Below, piece after piece: positions 9,380-19,476 of a stretch of DNA of 56,555 nt. The notes beneath the pieces are model-generated. The model made no database searches. It was not told where the DNA came from and saw nothing but the letters and a program-made list of their open reading frames with translations. The first letter of the stretch is position 1. Each line of letters begins with the position of its first letter. The position numbers and the translations under genes are program-made. Where the stretch lies: the NCBI GenBank assembly GCA_018302705.1, contig JAGVZI010000011.1, positions 1 to 56,555 on the forward strand. The letters run 5' to 3'. Source of the DNA: Candidatus Woesearchaeota archaeon (GTDB taxonomy: Archaea > Nanobdellota > Nanobdellia > SCGC-AAA011-G17 > ARS1403).

Positions 9380-10792
9380 ATGGGGCAAGAGGAAGTAAAA
9401 AAAGAATTAAAGAAGTCAGGCTCGTGGTTGTTAAGCAATGAAATAGCTAAAGCAACCGGGCAATCCCTTAAATCAATCCAGTCATCTTTGCGCAGGCTTG
9501 TAAAATGGGGGGAGGTAAAGAAAGAGCCGGCTTCAAGAGTGATTCAAGACTCCAACAGGCTGAAGGAAAAAAGCTTCGCAGGGTATGCCTATAAGATAAA
9601 GGATTTCAAGACAATAGATGATTTCAAGTTCAAAGATAAGACAGTGTTGCTAAGGCTGGATTTAGATTCGCAGATGCACCCGAGTTTCATTTCAACGGAT
9701 CATTTTTCTCATCACCTTCCAACTATTTTAGAGCTCCTGGAGAAGCAGGCCAAGATAGTAATCCTGACGCACCAGGCATCAAAATCAAATGATGGAAAAA
9801 ACCCTACTCCCTTATTAGACATGCACGCATCTTATCTCTCGCAAAAGCTAAACAAGGAGGTGAGATACATAGATGACCTCACTGGAGAAACAGCCCAGAA
9901 CAGCATAAAATCGCTAACCCCGGGAGATATTATTATATTAAAAAACCTGTTTTCAGAAAAAGAAGAGATGAAAACAAAGTTCAAAAAGCAGAAGAAAACA
10001 AAGCTTGTTAAAACTCTCTCCCATTTAGCAGATTATTACGTTAATGATTCTTTCTCTCTAGCTCATTTATCCTACACATCATTAACAGGGTTCCCGCAAG
10101 TAATGCCTTCATGCATCGGAAGATTTTTTGAAAAGGAGATTGAAGCTGCAAATCACCTGTTAGATCCAGTAAAGCCGTGTTTGTATATTCTTGGAGGAGA
10201 TAAGCCACTGGAGCTGGCGCCATTCATCAAGGCATCTCTCGAAAAAAACAGGGTTAACACAATACTCACCTCAGGCTTCCTCTCCCATCTGCTTCATCTA
10301 GCCCAGGGCAAAAAGCTCGGCGGCCAGGAAGAGGAGCTAAAAAAGCTGAAAATAAAAGTCTCCTCAGACATAAAAAAGATTGCAAAATATGAGAACGTTA
10401 TCCTCCCGAAGGATTATAAGGCCTCTACTTTAGGAGTAGCAGAAAAAATCTCGCTGCATCATTTCCCCATTTACCAGAGCCTTTATGAGATCGGGTCTGA
10501 AACCGTGGAAGATTATTTAGGGTTGATAAAAAATGCCAAGACTATTGTAATCAAAGGCCCATTAGGAAAAATAGAGGACAATAATTTTCAAGAAGCGACA
10601 AAAGCTGTTTTAGAAGAAATTGAAAAGTCAAATGCCTTTACATATATTGTAGGCAATTCAACAGTAGATTGTTTTAAACAATTTAATATCCCAATAAAAA
10701 ACATCAAGCACCTCTCAAAAAACACCCAGCCATTGCTTACTTATCTGACAGAAGAAAAGCTCCCAACAGTAGAAGTTCTGAGGACGAAATGA
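9380..10792 (+). CDS. N-terminal winged-HTH fused to a degenerate phosphoglycerate-kinase-fold domain
   Basis: HTH at aa 1-75; PGK framework KTVLLRLD, YVNDSFSLAH, ILGGDK, KGPLGKIE, with catalytic motifs altered. Confidence 0.8.
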   Translation: MGQEEVKKELKKSGSWLLSNEIAKATGQSLKSIQSSLRRLVKWGEVKKEPASRVIQDSNRLKEKSFAGYAYKIKDFKTIDDFKFKDKTVLLRLDLDSQMHPSFISTDHFSHHLPTILELLEKQAKIVILTHQASKSNDGKNPTPLLDMHASYLSQKLNKEVRYIDDLTGETAQNSIKSLTPGDIIILKNLFSEKEEMKTKFKKQKKTKLVKTLSHLADYYVNDSFSLAHLSYTSLTGFPQVMPSCIGRFFEKEIEAANHLLDPVKPCLYILGGDKPLELAPFIKASLEKNRVNTILTSGFLSHLLHLAQGKKLGGQEEELKKLKIKVSSDIKKIAKYENVILPKDYKASTLGVAEKISLHHFPIYQSLYEIGSETVEDYLGLIKNAKTIVIKGPLGKIEDNNFQEATKAVLEEIEKSNAFTYIVGNSTVDCFKQFNIPIKNIKHLSKNTQPLLTYLTEEKLPTVEVLRTK

Positions 10793-11094
10793 AGTACAAC
10801 AAATTAGTAAGGGATAAAATTCCAGACATCATCAAACAAAAAGGATCAACTCCAATTATAAAAATTGCTGATGATGAAGAGTATCTGGAAAGACTAATCG
10901 AGAAGTTTAAGGAAGAATCTGATGAATTTCTAAAGGAATTTAGTGAAGAAGAACTGGCAGACTTATTAGAAGTGATTTATGCAATCTGCGACTTCCAGAA
11001 AATCGATACAAAGAGATTAGAAATTTTAAGAAAAGAAAAGTCTGAGAAAAGAGGAGCATTTAAAAATAAAATAATCTTAAAAGAAACTAAGTAA
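10789..11094 (+). CDS. MazG-like nucleoside triphosphate pyrophosphohydrolase (PRA-PH-like)
   Basis: YNKLVRDKIP, EELADLLEV, KRGAF. Confidence 0.88.
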   Translation: MKYNKLVRDKIPDIIKQKGSTPIIKIADDEEYLERLIEKFKEESDEFLKEFSEEELADLLEVIYAICDFQKIDTKRLEILRKEKSEKRGAFKNKIILKETK

Positions 11095-11095
11095 T

Positions 11096-11783
11096 ATGAC
11101 ACTAATAGCAGGGATTGATGAAGCCGGTAGAGGGCTTTAAATTTTAAAGTTCGCCATAAGGTCCAGTAATCGGTCCCTTAACAATCGCAGGAATTTTAAT
11201 CAACGAGGAAGATTCAGCCAGATTAAAAACTATTGGCGCAAAAGATTCTAAGTTGCTGATTCATAAAAAGCGCGTAGCCTTATCAAAGCAGATCCTCAAG
11301 ATAGCGAAAAATCATAAGGTATTAGTTGTCCATCCAGATGAAATAGACTATGCAGTTCATGGCCATGACGGCTTGAATTTAAACTGGCTTGAAGCTAGAA
11401 AAACAGCAGAGATCTTGAATTATTTAAGGCCAGATAAAGCAATTATCGATTGCCCCTCTCCAAATATAAAAGCATATACAAACTATTTAAGAAAATTTAT
11501 TAACAATACTGACTTGGAATTAGTAGTAGAGCACAAGGCAGACAGAAATTTTTACGTTGTAAGCGCGGCCTCGATAATTGCTAAAGTTGCAAGAGAAGAA
11601 GGGGTTGAAAAAATTGAAAAGAAGATCGGGCAGAAAATCGGAACAGGATATATGTCAAATCTTCAGTGCCAGGAATTTGTGAAAAAAAATTTCGACAAAC
11701 ATCCTGAATTATTCAGAAAATCCTGGATGCCTTATAAAAAACAAGTTGAGGAGAAAGAGCAGAAAAAATTAAATGAGTATTAA
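11096..11783 (+). CDS. rnhB: Ribonuclease HII, intron-interrupted: join(11096..11130,11159..11783), 219 aa
   Basis: MTLIAGIDEAGR in one frame; GPVIGPL...KDSK...HKAD...VSAASIIAKVAR in another, separated by 28 nt. Confidence 0.9.
11131..11158 (+). other. 28-nt relaxed-BHB intron in rnhB mRNA
   Basis: Central CGGT/GCCA (one mismatch), bulges AGA and TAA, intron hairpin GCTTTA/TAAAGT. Standard BHB cut positions give GGT AGA GGT CCA (GRGP). Confidence 0.78.
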
Positions 11784-11977
11784 TGTCTAAATAATCTAAT
11801 AGATAAGTAGCCAGCAACAACAACCGCCAATATGCTTAGCCACATAGGCGCTTCCCAATTTCCTAGCTTTAAAGATAATCCCATAACAACCCTGATAAGA
11901 TGAACTATAGCTGCAGCACCAAAGATAAATGCAGCAATTCTATATATTATTTTATCATCCTTTTTCATTAACAACAA
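11780..11977 (-). CDS. Small membrane protein
   Basis: Two TMs, AIVHLIR...PMWLS pattern. Confidence 0.7.
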   Translation of the reverse strand: MLLMKKDDKIIYRIAAFIFGAAAIVHLIRVVMGLSLKLGNWEAPMWLSILAVVVAGYLSIRLFRH

Positions 11978-12011
11978 AATATATAAACTAATTTATAAAA
12001 CTTTGTAGCAA

Positions 12012-15000
12012 ATGACTTACATTAAAAAGATGAAGATACACGGCTTCAAATCTTTCGCGAAGCCCACTGAGCTCCCGTTTTCAAAAGATTTCTCTGCGGT
12101 TATAGGCCCGAACGGAAGTGGGAAGTCATGCCATTATGATACGGTTATAACCATTTCAAGTGGAAAAGAAGTAAAGATTGGAAAGATAGTAGAAGAGCAA
12201 TTGAAGAAAAATCAAAATAAGACTTTAAAAGATGGAGTATATTGTGAATCTCAAGAGCCGTTGGAAATTATATCTATAAATCCAAGTTCTATGAAACAAG
12301 AGATAAAGAAAATCTCTCAATTTATAAAAAGGGAAGGAGAGGAATTATACAATATAAGTACTTCATTGGGAAAGGAATTAAAAGCAACAGGTTGCCATCC
12401 AATAATGGTCTTTAGAGATGGAAAATTAAAGAGCACCTTAATCAGAGACATTAAAGAGAATGATCTTATTGCTTCTCCAAGAATAATAAATACAAGAGAA
12501 GAAAAAAGTTTTGATAAGGATAAATCGAGGCTATTAGGATATGTAATCGGAGATGGATATATTGCTGAAGATAGGATAGAGTTTGTAAACCAAGATAAAG
12601 AAATTTTGCAGGATTTTAAAGAATTATTAATTAAATTATATATTGACCCTAATATAAAAGAAAGATATGAAAAAAATATAACAAGGGTTTATGTAAGAAA
12701 TAAGATCATAGTAAATGATATAAGAAATGCAGTAAAAAGAAACCATCTTGGATCGATAACATCAGAATTTAAAACAATTCCAAATGAAATATTGGGTTCT
12801 GATAAGGAAACAATAAGAAATCTTTTAGCAAGTTTATTTGATACAGATGGCTATATAAGAAAAGATATCTCTATAATAGAGTTCTGTTCTAAGAATGGAA
12901 ATTTAACAAAACAAATTCAAAGACTTTTATTAAGATTTGGAATAATTTCTAAAGTAAAGGAGAGGATTAATTATGCTTATAATACAGAAAATAAAACAAA
13001 GAGATCGTATTATTACCTTTATATCTATGGTTGTGAAAATCTAAAAAATTTCTATATAAATATTCCCCTAAGATGCAAACATAAAAGAGAAACCTTAGAG
13101 AGTTGGGTTTCAAAAAATAAAGTTCCAAATCCAAACAGTGATTTGTTACCAAAGGAAGTTAATAAATATATTAAAAATTTAACGAGTCTGCTTGGGATAA
13201 AAATAAAAAATGAAAAGAAAAAATATCCAAAATTAGGTGCTTACTATGAAGATATATGTCAGCCATCAAGAGAAGGAATAAGAGATTTATTGATCTTCTT
13301 TGAGGATAAATTAGCCAAGATAGTAAATGCATTTTCAGAGATAAGATTAAACAAAGAATCCTTAATGGAGATTCTTCCATTGTTAAACATATCTTATGCT
13401 CAAGCTTCATTAGGAATAGGTCTAGGCAAACACACGATCACCGATAGTTGGAGGTTTCATGGTTGGAATGGGAAAAAAGAAAATTTACAAAGTTTAAATG
13501 ATTTCATCAGGGCAACGATAGGGGATAGGTTGATAGAAATTAAAAAAATATTTTTGGAATTACAAACAATTTCGAATTCAGATATATACTGGGAAAAAAT
13601 TGTGTCAATAAAAAAAACTGAAAAAGTGCCATATGTTTATGATTTAACAGTTTTGGATAATCATAATTTTATCGGTGATGGAGTCTTTGTTCACAACAGC
13701 AACGTCGTCGATTCATTATGCTTCGTCCTCGGCAGGTTATCATCAAAATCAATGCGTGCAGAAAATTCAGCAAAATTAATTTACAATGGAGGAAAGAATG
13801 GAAAGCCGGCAACTGAGGCTTATGTCTCTATTTTATTTGACAATTCTAACAGCTCATTCCCTGCAAAGGCTAAAGAGATAGAAGTCAAGAGGGTTGTCAG
13901 GCACAACGGGCAGTCAAAATATTTTATTAACGGGGAGTTAAGGACAAGGCAGCAAATTCTCGACCTGTTGGCAGCGGCAAAAATAAACCCCGACGGCCAT
14001 AATATAATCTTGCAAGGGGACATCACGCATGCAGCAGAAATGCCTCCTGAAGAGCGCAAGTATATAATAGAAGACATAGCAGGAATCTCTGTTTACGAGG
14101 ACAAAAAAGAAAAGGCTGTCAGGGAGCTGGAGAAAGTTGAATCGCAGTTAAAAGAAGCCGATATAGTCTTGGCAGAGAGAGGCACTTATTTAAAAGAACT
14201 AAAAAAAGATTATGAACAAGCATCAAGGTACAAAGAGCTGGAAAAAAATATCAGCAGAAACAAAGCCACTTATCTGCATCTTCAGGTAAAACAAAAAGAA
14301 GACAAATTAAACAAGGTAGTTTCTTTAATAAGCAAAAATCAATCAGAAATAGATTCGATTAATAACAAAGTCTCGCAACAGCAGCAGGAGTTTGAGGGAA
14401 AAAAGCAGGAATTGCAGAAATTAAAAGACGAAATTGAAAAAAGCGGGGAATCATCCCAGTTAGCTTTGCACAGCGAAGTGGAATTATTGAAGGAGCAGCT
14501 GGCGGATGATAAAATCCGGTTTTCAACCATTCAAAATGAAATAAGCTCCTTGAATGAAAGAACCTCACAGCTTAAATCCTCCTTGCAGGATTCGGATAAA
14601 AAGGTCCAGTCGCTGCAAAAAAAGAAATCTCAGCTGGAGTCAGAATTAGCAGATTTGAAAGAAGAGGCATCAAAAAAGTCCCAGGAGTTAAGCAAGCTTA
14701 AAGAAAAGCACAGCCCTGATGATTTGGAAGCAGAGGTAACGAAGCTCGACTCAAAAATAGAATCCCTCAAGTCTCAAAATCTCGACGATAAAAAATTAAG
14801 TTTGCTAAGGGAAAAAGATAAAGCAGAAATAAGATTAGGCACAATAGAAAAGCTTGCAAACAAGCAGCAGCTTGAAAAGTTGGCTAGCTTAAAGCAAAAC
14901 TTCAAGCAGGCAGCCCAGAATTTAACTAGGGTTTCAGAGGAAGATTCGACATTGCTGAACCAACTATCTTCAGCCAGGATAAAAATACAGCAGCATAAAG

Positions 15001-16991
15001 AAGAGCATGCAAGGTTAAGCACGCAAAAAACATTGGCAAAAGAGCACTCTGCTAATTTGGCAGTCAGCAAAATAAAATCGCTGAACATGCAGGGGGTTTA
15101 CGGAACATTCTCGGAACTAGCCCATGTTCCTTCAGAGTATTCATTGGCAATTGAAGTTGCAGCTGGAAGCAGGATCAATAGCATCGTCGTTAAAGATGAC
15201 AGTATTGCAGCAAAATGCATTCAGTATCTTAAAACAAATAAATTAGGCACAGCAATATTCCTGCCACTGAATAAATTAAAAAATCCGCCGCTGCAAAAAA
15301 TTAATCACGGCCGCGGCTTGGCAATAGATATAATCAAATTTGATCCGCAATTTAAATCAGCATTTCAATATGTCCTGGGCAGCACAATTATCGTCGATAA
15401 CATAGAGGCGGCAAGAAAAATAGGTGTTGGAAAATGCCGCATGGCAACTTTGGACGGGGATTTAGTTGAAACCTCTGGTGCGATGATAGGTGGCTTTAGA
15501 AGAAAGCATTCTTCCTTGTTCTTGGCTCCGGGAATAGAAAAAAATCTTGATTCATTATCCTCGGAAATATCAAAGCTTGGCTCATTGATAAAGGATCTTG
15601 AGAAAAAGCTTGTCGTTAACGAGGGGAACATGAGCAAGGCAAGAGAGGAAAAATCAACTCTGGAAGGGGAAATATTGAAAATACAGGCATCAGTTGGCGA
15701 CATCGAACAAGTTTTGAAGGAAAAGCAGGAGCTCACAGCAAAACTTAAGCAGCTGAACTCAGAGATTTCAGGGATAGAATCAGCTGTTAGCAAAAATCTA
15801 GCGTTATTGAAGGATTTAAACAAAAAAAGGTCTTTCTTAAGGGAAAAGATAAGTCAGAAAAGAAATCCGAAAATGATGGCGCAGATAGAATCCCTGGAAA
15901 AGTTAATGCAGGAATTAAATGAAAAAAGAATCTTGCGGAATTCAGAAATAAATAACATAGCGTCGCAGATAAAAGAGCTGATACTTCCTGAAAAAGAATC
16001 GATGCAGAAAATAGTAAAGCAGAATGCATCCCAGCTAGAGCAGTTTAATTCAGAGATAAAGCGTTTATCTTCTTCAACATCGGAAAAAACATCTCAAATA
16101 AAAGATAAAGAAAAGCAGGAAGCTAAGCTCTACAGCAATTTCAGGGATATGCTGAGCAAGAGGGAAAAATTAAATCAGCTCTTGCAGGGGCATGAAATAA
16201 AGATTAACAATGAAAAGAATAAGACCCAAATTTTCGAGGAGCGTATAAACAACTTCTCGTTGGACAAGGCAAAAATAGCCTCTGAGATAGCAGGCTTAAA
16301 TCAGGAAATGCAGGAATACAAAGGTGTTTCATTAAGAAAGGGGATGTTAGAATCAGAGTTAAAAGATGAAATATCAAAATTTGAATCACTTATAAAGAAT
16401 CTTGGAAATGTAAACCTCCGCGCTTTAGAAATATATGAGCAGGTGCAGAGAGAATACGAATCCCTTGAGCTGAAGTCAAGCAAGCTTAAAGAGGAAAAGC
16501 AGGATGTCCTGAAAGTTATAGATGAAGTAGAATCAAAAAAGACTTCGACTTTCATGAAAACTTTTAGCAAAATCAACGGCAATTTCGAATCAATCTTCAG
16601 CCAGTTAACAACAAAAGGTACAGCTCATTTAGTTCTTGAAAACCCAGGAAAGCCATTGGAGGGCGGAGTGCAGATTATGGTTAAGATAGCTCACAATAAA
16701 TTCCTCGACATTAAAAGCCTCTCAGGAGGGGAAAAAACCCTGACAGCATTAGCCTTTATATTCTCAATTCAAGACCATGATCCAGCGCCGTTTTACATGC
16801 TGGACGAGGTAGATGCTGCATTAGATAAAAAGAATTCAGAAAAATTATCAGAGCTTATTAAGAGGTATTCGCAAAAGGCGCAATACATTGTTATTACGCA
16901 TAACGATTCTGTAATATCTGGAGCAGATAAATTGTATGGAGTTTCAATGCACAAGGACGGAATGAGTCATGTTGTAAGTCTGAAGGTTTAA
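12012..16991 (+). CDS. smc: Chromosome segregation protein SMC (intein-containing)
   Basis: GFKSF, GPNGSGK, hinge GVYG...GGF, LSGGEK, LDEVDAALD. Confidence 0.95.
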   Translation: MTYIKKMKIHGFKSFAKPTELPFSKDFSAVIGPNGSGKSCHYDTVITISSGKEVKIGKIVEEQLKKNQNKTLKDGVYCESQEPLEIISINPSSMKQEIKKISQFIKREGEELYNISTSLGKELKATGCHPIMVFRDGKLKSTLIRDIKENDLIASPRIINTREEKSFDKDKSRLLGYVIGDGYIAEDRIEFVNQDKEILQDFKELLIKLYIDPNIKERYEKNITRVYVRNKIIVNDIRNAVKRNHLGSITSEFKTIPNEILGSDKETIRNLLASLFDTDGYIRKDISIIEFCSKNGNLTKQIQRLLLRFGIISKVKERINYAYNTENKTKRSYYYLYIYGCENLKNFYINIPLRCKHKRETLESWVSKNKVPNPNSDLLPKEVNKYIKNLTSLLGIKIKNEKKKYPKLGAYYEDICQPSREGIRDLLIFFEDKLAKIVNAFSEIRLNKESLMEILPLLNISYAQASLGIGLGKHTITDSWRFHGWNGKKENLQSLNDFIRATIGDRLIEIKKIFLELQTISNSDIYWEKIVSIKKTEKVPYVYDLTVLDNHNFIGDGVFVHNSNVVDSLCFVLGRLSSKSMRAENSAKLIYNGGKNGKPATEAYVSILFDNSNSSFPAKAKEIEVKRVVRHNGQSKYFINGELRTRQQILDLLAAAKINPDGHNIILQGDITHAAEMPPEERKYIIEDIAGISVYEDKKEKAVRELEKVESQLKEADIVLAERGTYLKELKKDYEQASRYKELEKNISRNKATYLHLQVKQKEDKLNKVVSLISKNQSEIDSINNKVSQQQQEFEGKKQELQKLKDEIEKSGESSQLALHSEVELLKEQLADDKIRFSTIQNEISSLNERTSQLKSSLQDSDKKVQSLQKKKSQLESELADLKEEASKKSQELSKLKEKHSPDDLEAEVTKLDSKIESLKSQNLDDKKLSLLREKDKAEIRLGTIEKLANKQQLEKLASLKQNFKQAAQNLTRVSEEDSTLLNQLSSARIKIQQHKEEHARLSTQKTLAKEHSANLAVSKIKSLNMQGVYGTFSELAHVPSEYSLAIEVAAGSRINSIVVKDDSIAAKCIQYLKTNKLGTAIFLPLNKLKNPPLQKINHGRGLAIDIIKFDPQFKSAFQYVLGSTIIVDNIEAARKIGVGKCRMATLDGDLVETSGAMIGGFRRKHSSLFLAPGIEKNLDSLSSEISKLGSLIKDLEKKLVVNEGNMSKAREEKSTLEGEILKIQASVGDIEQVLKEKQELTAKLKQLNSEISGIESAVSKNLALLKDLNKKRSFLREKISQKRNPKMMAQIESLEKLMQELNEKRILRNSEINNIASQIKELILPEKESMQKIVKQNASQLEQFNSEIKRLSSSTSEKTSQIKDKEKQEAKLYSNFRDMLSKREKLNQLLQGHEIKINNEKNKTQIFEERINNFSLDKAKIASEIAGLNQEMQEYKGVSLRKGMLESELKDEISKFESLIKNLGNVNLRALEIYEQVQREYESLELKSSKLKEEKQDVLKVIDEVESKKTSTFMKTFSKINGNFESIFSQLTTKGTAHLVLENPGKPLEGGVQIMVKIAHNKFLDIKSLSGGEKTLTALAFIFSIQDHDPAPFYMLDEVDAALDKKNSEKLSELIKRYSQKAQYIVITHNDSVISGADKLYGVSMHKDGMSHVVSLKV
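12126..13697 (+). mobile_element. Intein (about 524 aa) with LAGLIDADG homing endonuclease in the SMC Walker A
   Basis: GSGK|SCHYDT...TGCHP...LLGYVIGDG...LASLFDTDG...VYDLTV..HNF...VHN|SNVVD; more AT-rich than the exteins. Confidence 0.92.
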
Positions 16992-17125
16992 TTTCGTTTT
17001 TTGTTTGAAGCAACTGCGGGCACCTTTTTCTTGCGAGGATTCTGAATTTGCATCTATTCCTTCTCTAAAAGTTTTAATACACGAATATAGAAAATTAAAT
17101 AAACCAAGTAGTCTTTTTTTATTGA

Positions 17126-17878
17126 ATGGCTAAAGCTAAAAAAGTCAGAATTGCAGCAGTGCAGCTGAATATAAGCAAGCCGATAGACTCGGTAATAAAT
17201 GATATCAGGAAGTTTATGCATCTTGCTAGCACAAAGAAAGTTAATATAATCTGCTTTCCAGAAGATTCTATCTCTTTAGGGCCAAAAAAGAACAGGTTGA
17301 TCCTCTCGCAGGTGATGGAAGGCTGTAAGTTATACGGTATCTGGTGTATTATATCAACGTATCTCAAGGAGAAAAAATATAATTATAATTCAGCTTTGCT
17401 TATAGATGACAAGGGCAATATTTTTGGGAAGCACAAGAAAGTGCATGTGCTGGGAGATGGCCCGGGAATATCCCCTGGATCAAAGTTTGATGTGCATAAA
17501 ACTCCTTTCTGTAAGATTGGTATTGCAATATGCTGGGACGTTTCCAATCCGGCTGCAATAAAAAGGATGGCAAGAAAGGGGGCAAAAATTATCTTCTGTC
17601 CTATGTACTGGTGCTATGATGAATGGGCGCATAAAAAAAATCATAAGAAATTCGAGAAGAAAATACTGCAGTCTTTAATACTTACAAGAGCTTATGAAAG
17701 CTTAGTTTATGTTGTCTTCTGCAATCCTGTTGACGAGGAAGAAAACAGATTAACCTCATATACAGCAATTGCAGAGCCGCATAAAATTATCAAAGGGCTT
17801 TTTAACAAAGAAGGGATGATCCTTGCAGACATAGATTTAAAATACCTTGCAGCTATGAGAAGGAAATGGTCAACTTAA
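17126..17878 (+). CDS. Carbon-nitrogen hydrolase (nitrilase family)
   Basis: FPE, HKKVH, ICWD catalytic E-K-C. Confidence 0.9.
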   Translation: MAKAKKVRIAAVQLNISKPIDSVINDIRKFMHLASTKKVNIICFPEDSISLGPKKNRLILSQVMEGCKLYGIWCIISTYLKEKKYNYNSALLIDDKGNIFGKHKKVHVLGDGPGISPGSKFDVHKTPFCKIGIAICWDVSNPAAIKRMARKGAKIIFCPMYWCYDEWAHKKNHKKFEKKILQSLILTRAYESLVYVVFCNPVDEEENRLTSYTAIAEPHKIIKGLFNKEGMILADIDLKYLAAMRRKWST

Positions 17879-17921
17879 TCTATAGACCTAATCTATCAAG
17901 CTAATCTGCCAACATGATTTC

Positions 17922-18809
17922 TCAGCCTAATTTCCTGCATTCAGAATAAAGGTAATTTGCCAGGTTTTTAACTAGTCTGTTTTCATCATCATTGATAAAA
18001 TTCAATGCAGGGCAGCTATTGGCCTCGATTATATACCATCTTCCATTGTTAAATATCAAGTCAAGCCCGCAGACCTGCATTCCCAATGCCCTCGAAGCCC
18101 TTTCGCAAAGGTCCTTTAGTTTCTTATTTACTTTAATATTTCTAAAATGCTCTCGCACATTCCCGGACTGTTTCCAAGATTTGCTTATCTTTACTACAAA
18201 CTGCTCTAAGCGGTAGTTAATTAATGTGGCTCTGTAACTCCTGTTTAAATTTGGAATGTATTCCTGGGCTATAATCGGAGAACCAGGGCTTTTTTCAACG
18301 ATTTTATTTACTTTTTTTAGAAATGCAGGATAATTAGTGGCTTTTTCAACAGTTAATGCATTGTCAGAAAACACACCTTTCAGGACAAGTGGCGTATTTT
18401 TTAATATCTCTTTAATGAATCTCGAATAAAATTTTGTTTCTACAGGAATAAAATAAGTTTTTGGCGTTGGGATTCTATGCTCCAAGCATTTTAAGTAAAA
18501 CATCCATTTGTCTTCTTGGTAAAAAAATGAATGTGACGAGTTTATCACCCTTTTCCCTAATTCTTCCAGTGTTTTAGATAATTCAAGGGATTCAAATAAC
18601 ATCGGCTGGCATATCGTGTCATTATAAATCAATTTGCATCTTTTAGTTTTCTCTTTTATCTCGCTAAAGTCAAGCTGCTCCTCGGCTGGAAGGCAAACAA
18701 CGTCGATATTTTTCTTTATCAGGGCCAGGGGTAAAAGCTTGTCTTCATAATCATGATAAGTTTTATAATAGATAATCCCTATTGAAAGCTTCTTCCCGCC
18801 ATTTCCCAT
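17922..18809 (-). CDS. RimK-like ATP-grasp ligase
   Basis: EDKW...IPTPKT, QEYI, GLDL, IEANSCP; start moved to MGNGGKK. Confidence 0.85.
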   Translation of the reverse strand: MGNGGKKLSIGIIYYKTYHDYEDKLLPLALIKKNIDVVCLPAEEQLDFSEIKEKTKRCKLIYNDTICQPMLFESLELSKTLEELGKRVINSSHSFFYQEDKWMFYLKCLEHRIPTPKTYFIPVETKFYSRFIKEILKNTPLVLKGVFSDNALTVEKATNYPAFLKKVNKIVEKSPGSPIIAQEYIPNLNRSYRATLINYRLEQFVVKISKSWKQSGNVREHFRNIKVNKKLKDLCERASRALGMQVCGLDLIFNNGRWYIIEANSCPALNFINDDENRLVKNLANYLYSECRKLG

Positions 18810-18888
18810 GCTTATGCATAAATAAATTTGATTATTTATACTTTTTGTATCTAAAAACTTAAAAACAATCACGCAACCAATTATATAA

Positions 18889-19329
18889 ATGAGAAGAATC
18901 TATATATTGATTGCGATATTAATCTTCATCATATTAATAATATCTTTAGTCCTAATTTATAAAAATCCAGAATCAAAAGTTTGTATTTCAAATAATTGCT
19001 TTCGTGTAGAGATAGCAGACAATCCTGTTGAAAGAGCTGGAGGATTGATGTTCAGGAAAGAGCTGGAGGAAAATTCTGGAATGCTGTTTATTTTTGATTC
19101 CTCAGGAGAGCATTCATTCTGGATGAAAAACACCCTTATTCCATTGGATATTATCTGGATTGATGAAAATAAAGAAATTGTTTACATCTATGAAAATGCT
19201 CAGCCATGCAATCAAGTGTGCAATTCTGTAACTCCTAATAAAGAAGCGAAATATGTTCTTGAAATTAATTCTGGTTTGGTGGAAAAATATAATTTTAAAA
19301 CCGGAGAGGGAGTAAGAATAAATTTTTAA
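18889..19329 (+). CDS. DUF192 family protein
   Basis: GLMFR, GMLFIF, FWMKNTLIPLDIIW, YVLEINSG. Confidence 0.92.
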   Translation: MRRIYILIAILIFIILIISLVLIYKNPESKVCISNNCFRVEIADNPVERAGGLMFRKELEENSGMLFIFDSSGEHSFWMKNTLIPLDIIWIDENKEIVYIYENAQPCNQVCNSVTPNKEAKYVLEINSGLVEKYNFKTGEGVRINF

Positions 19330-19476
19330 AAATTAATTCTGGTTTGGTTCTTCTTCAGAAGTAACTTCTACAAGCCTTTCAAAAAATAATTTATTTGGTA
19401 TTTCCATTTCAATATTATCTCATTTAAGGCTTTAAAAATATTAAAGAAAAATAAAAAAAGAAAGAAAAAAACAAAC

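Noticed and set aside
11253-11783. rnhB as an N-terminally truncated ORF or simple pseudogene
   Set aside because: The catalytic N-terminus is present at 11096, and a single hairpin insert explains the frameshift.
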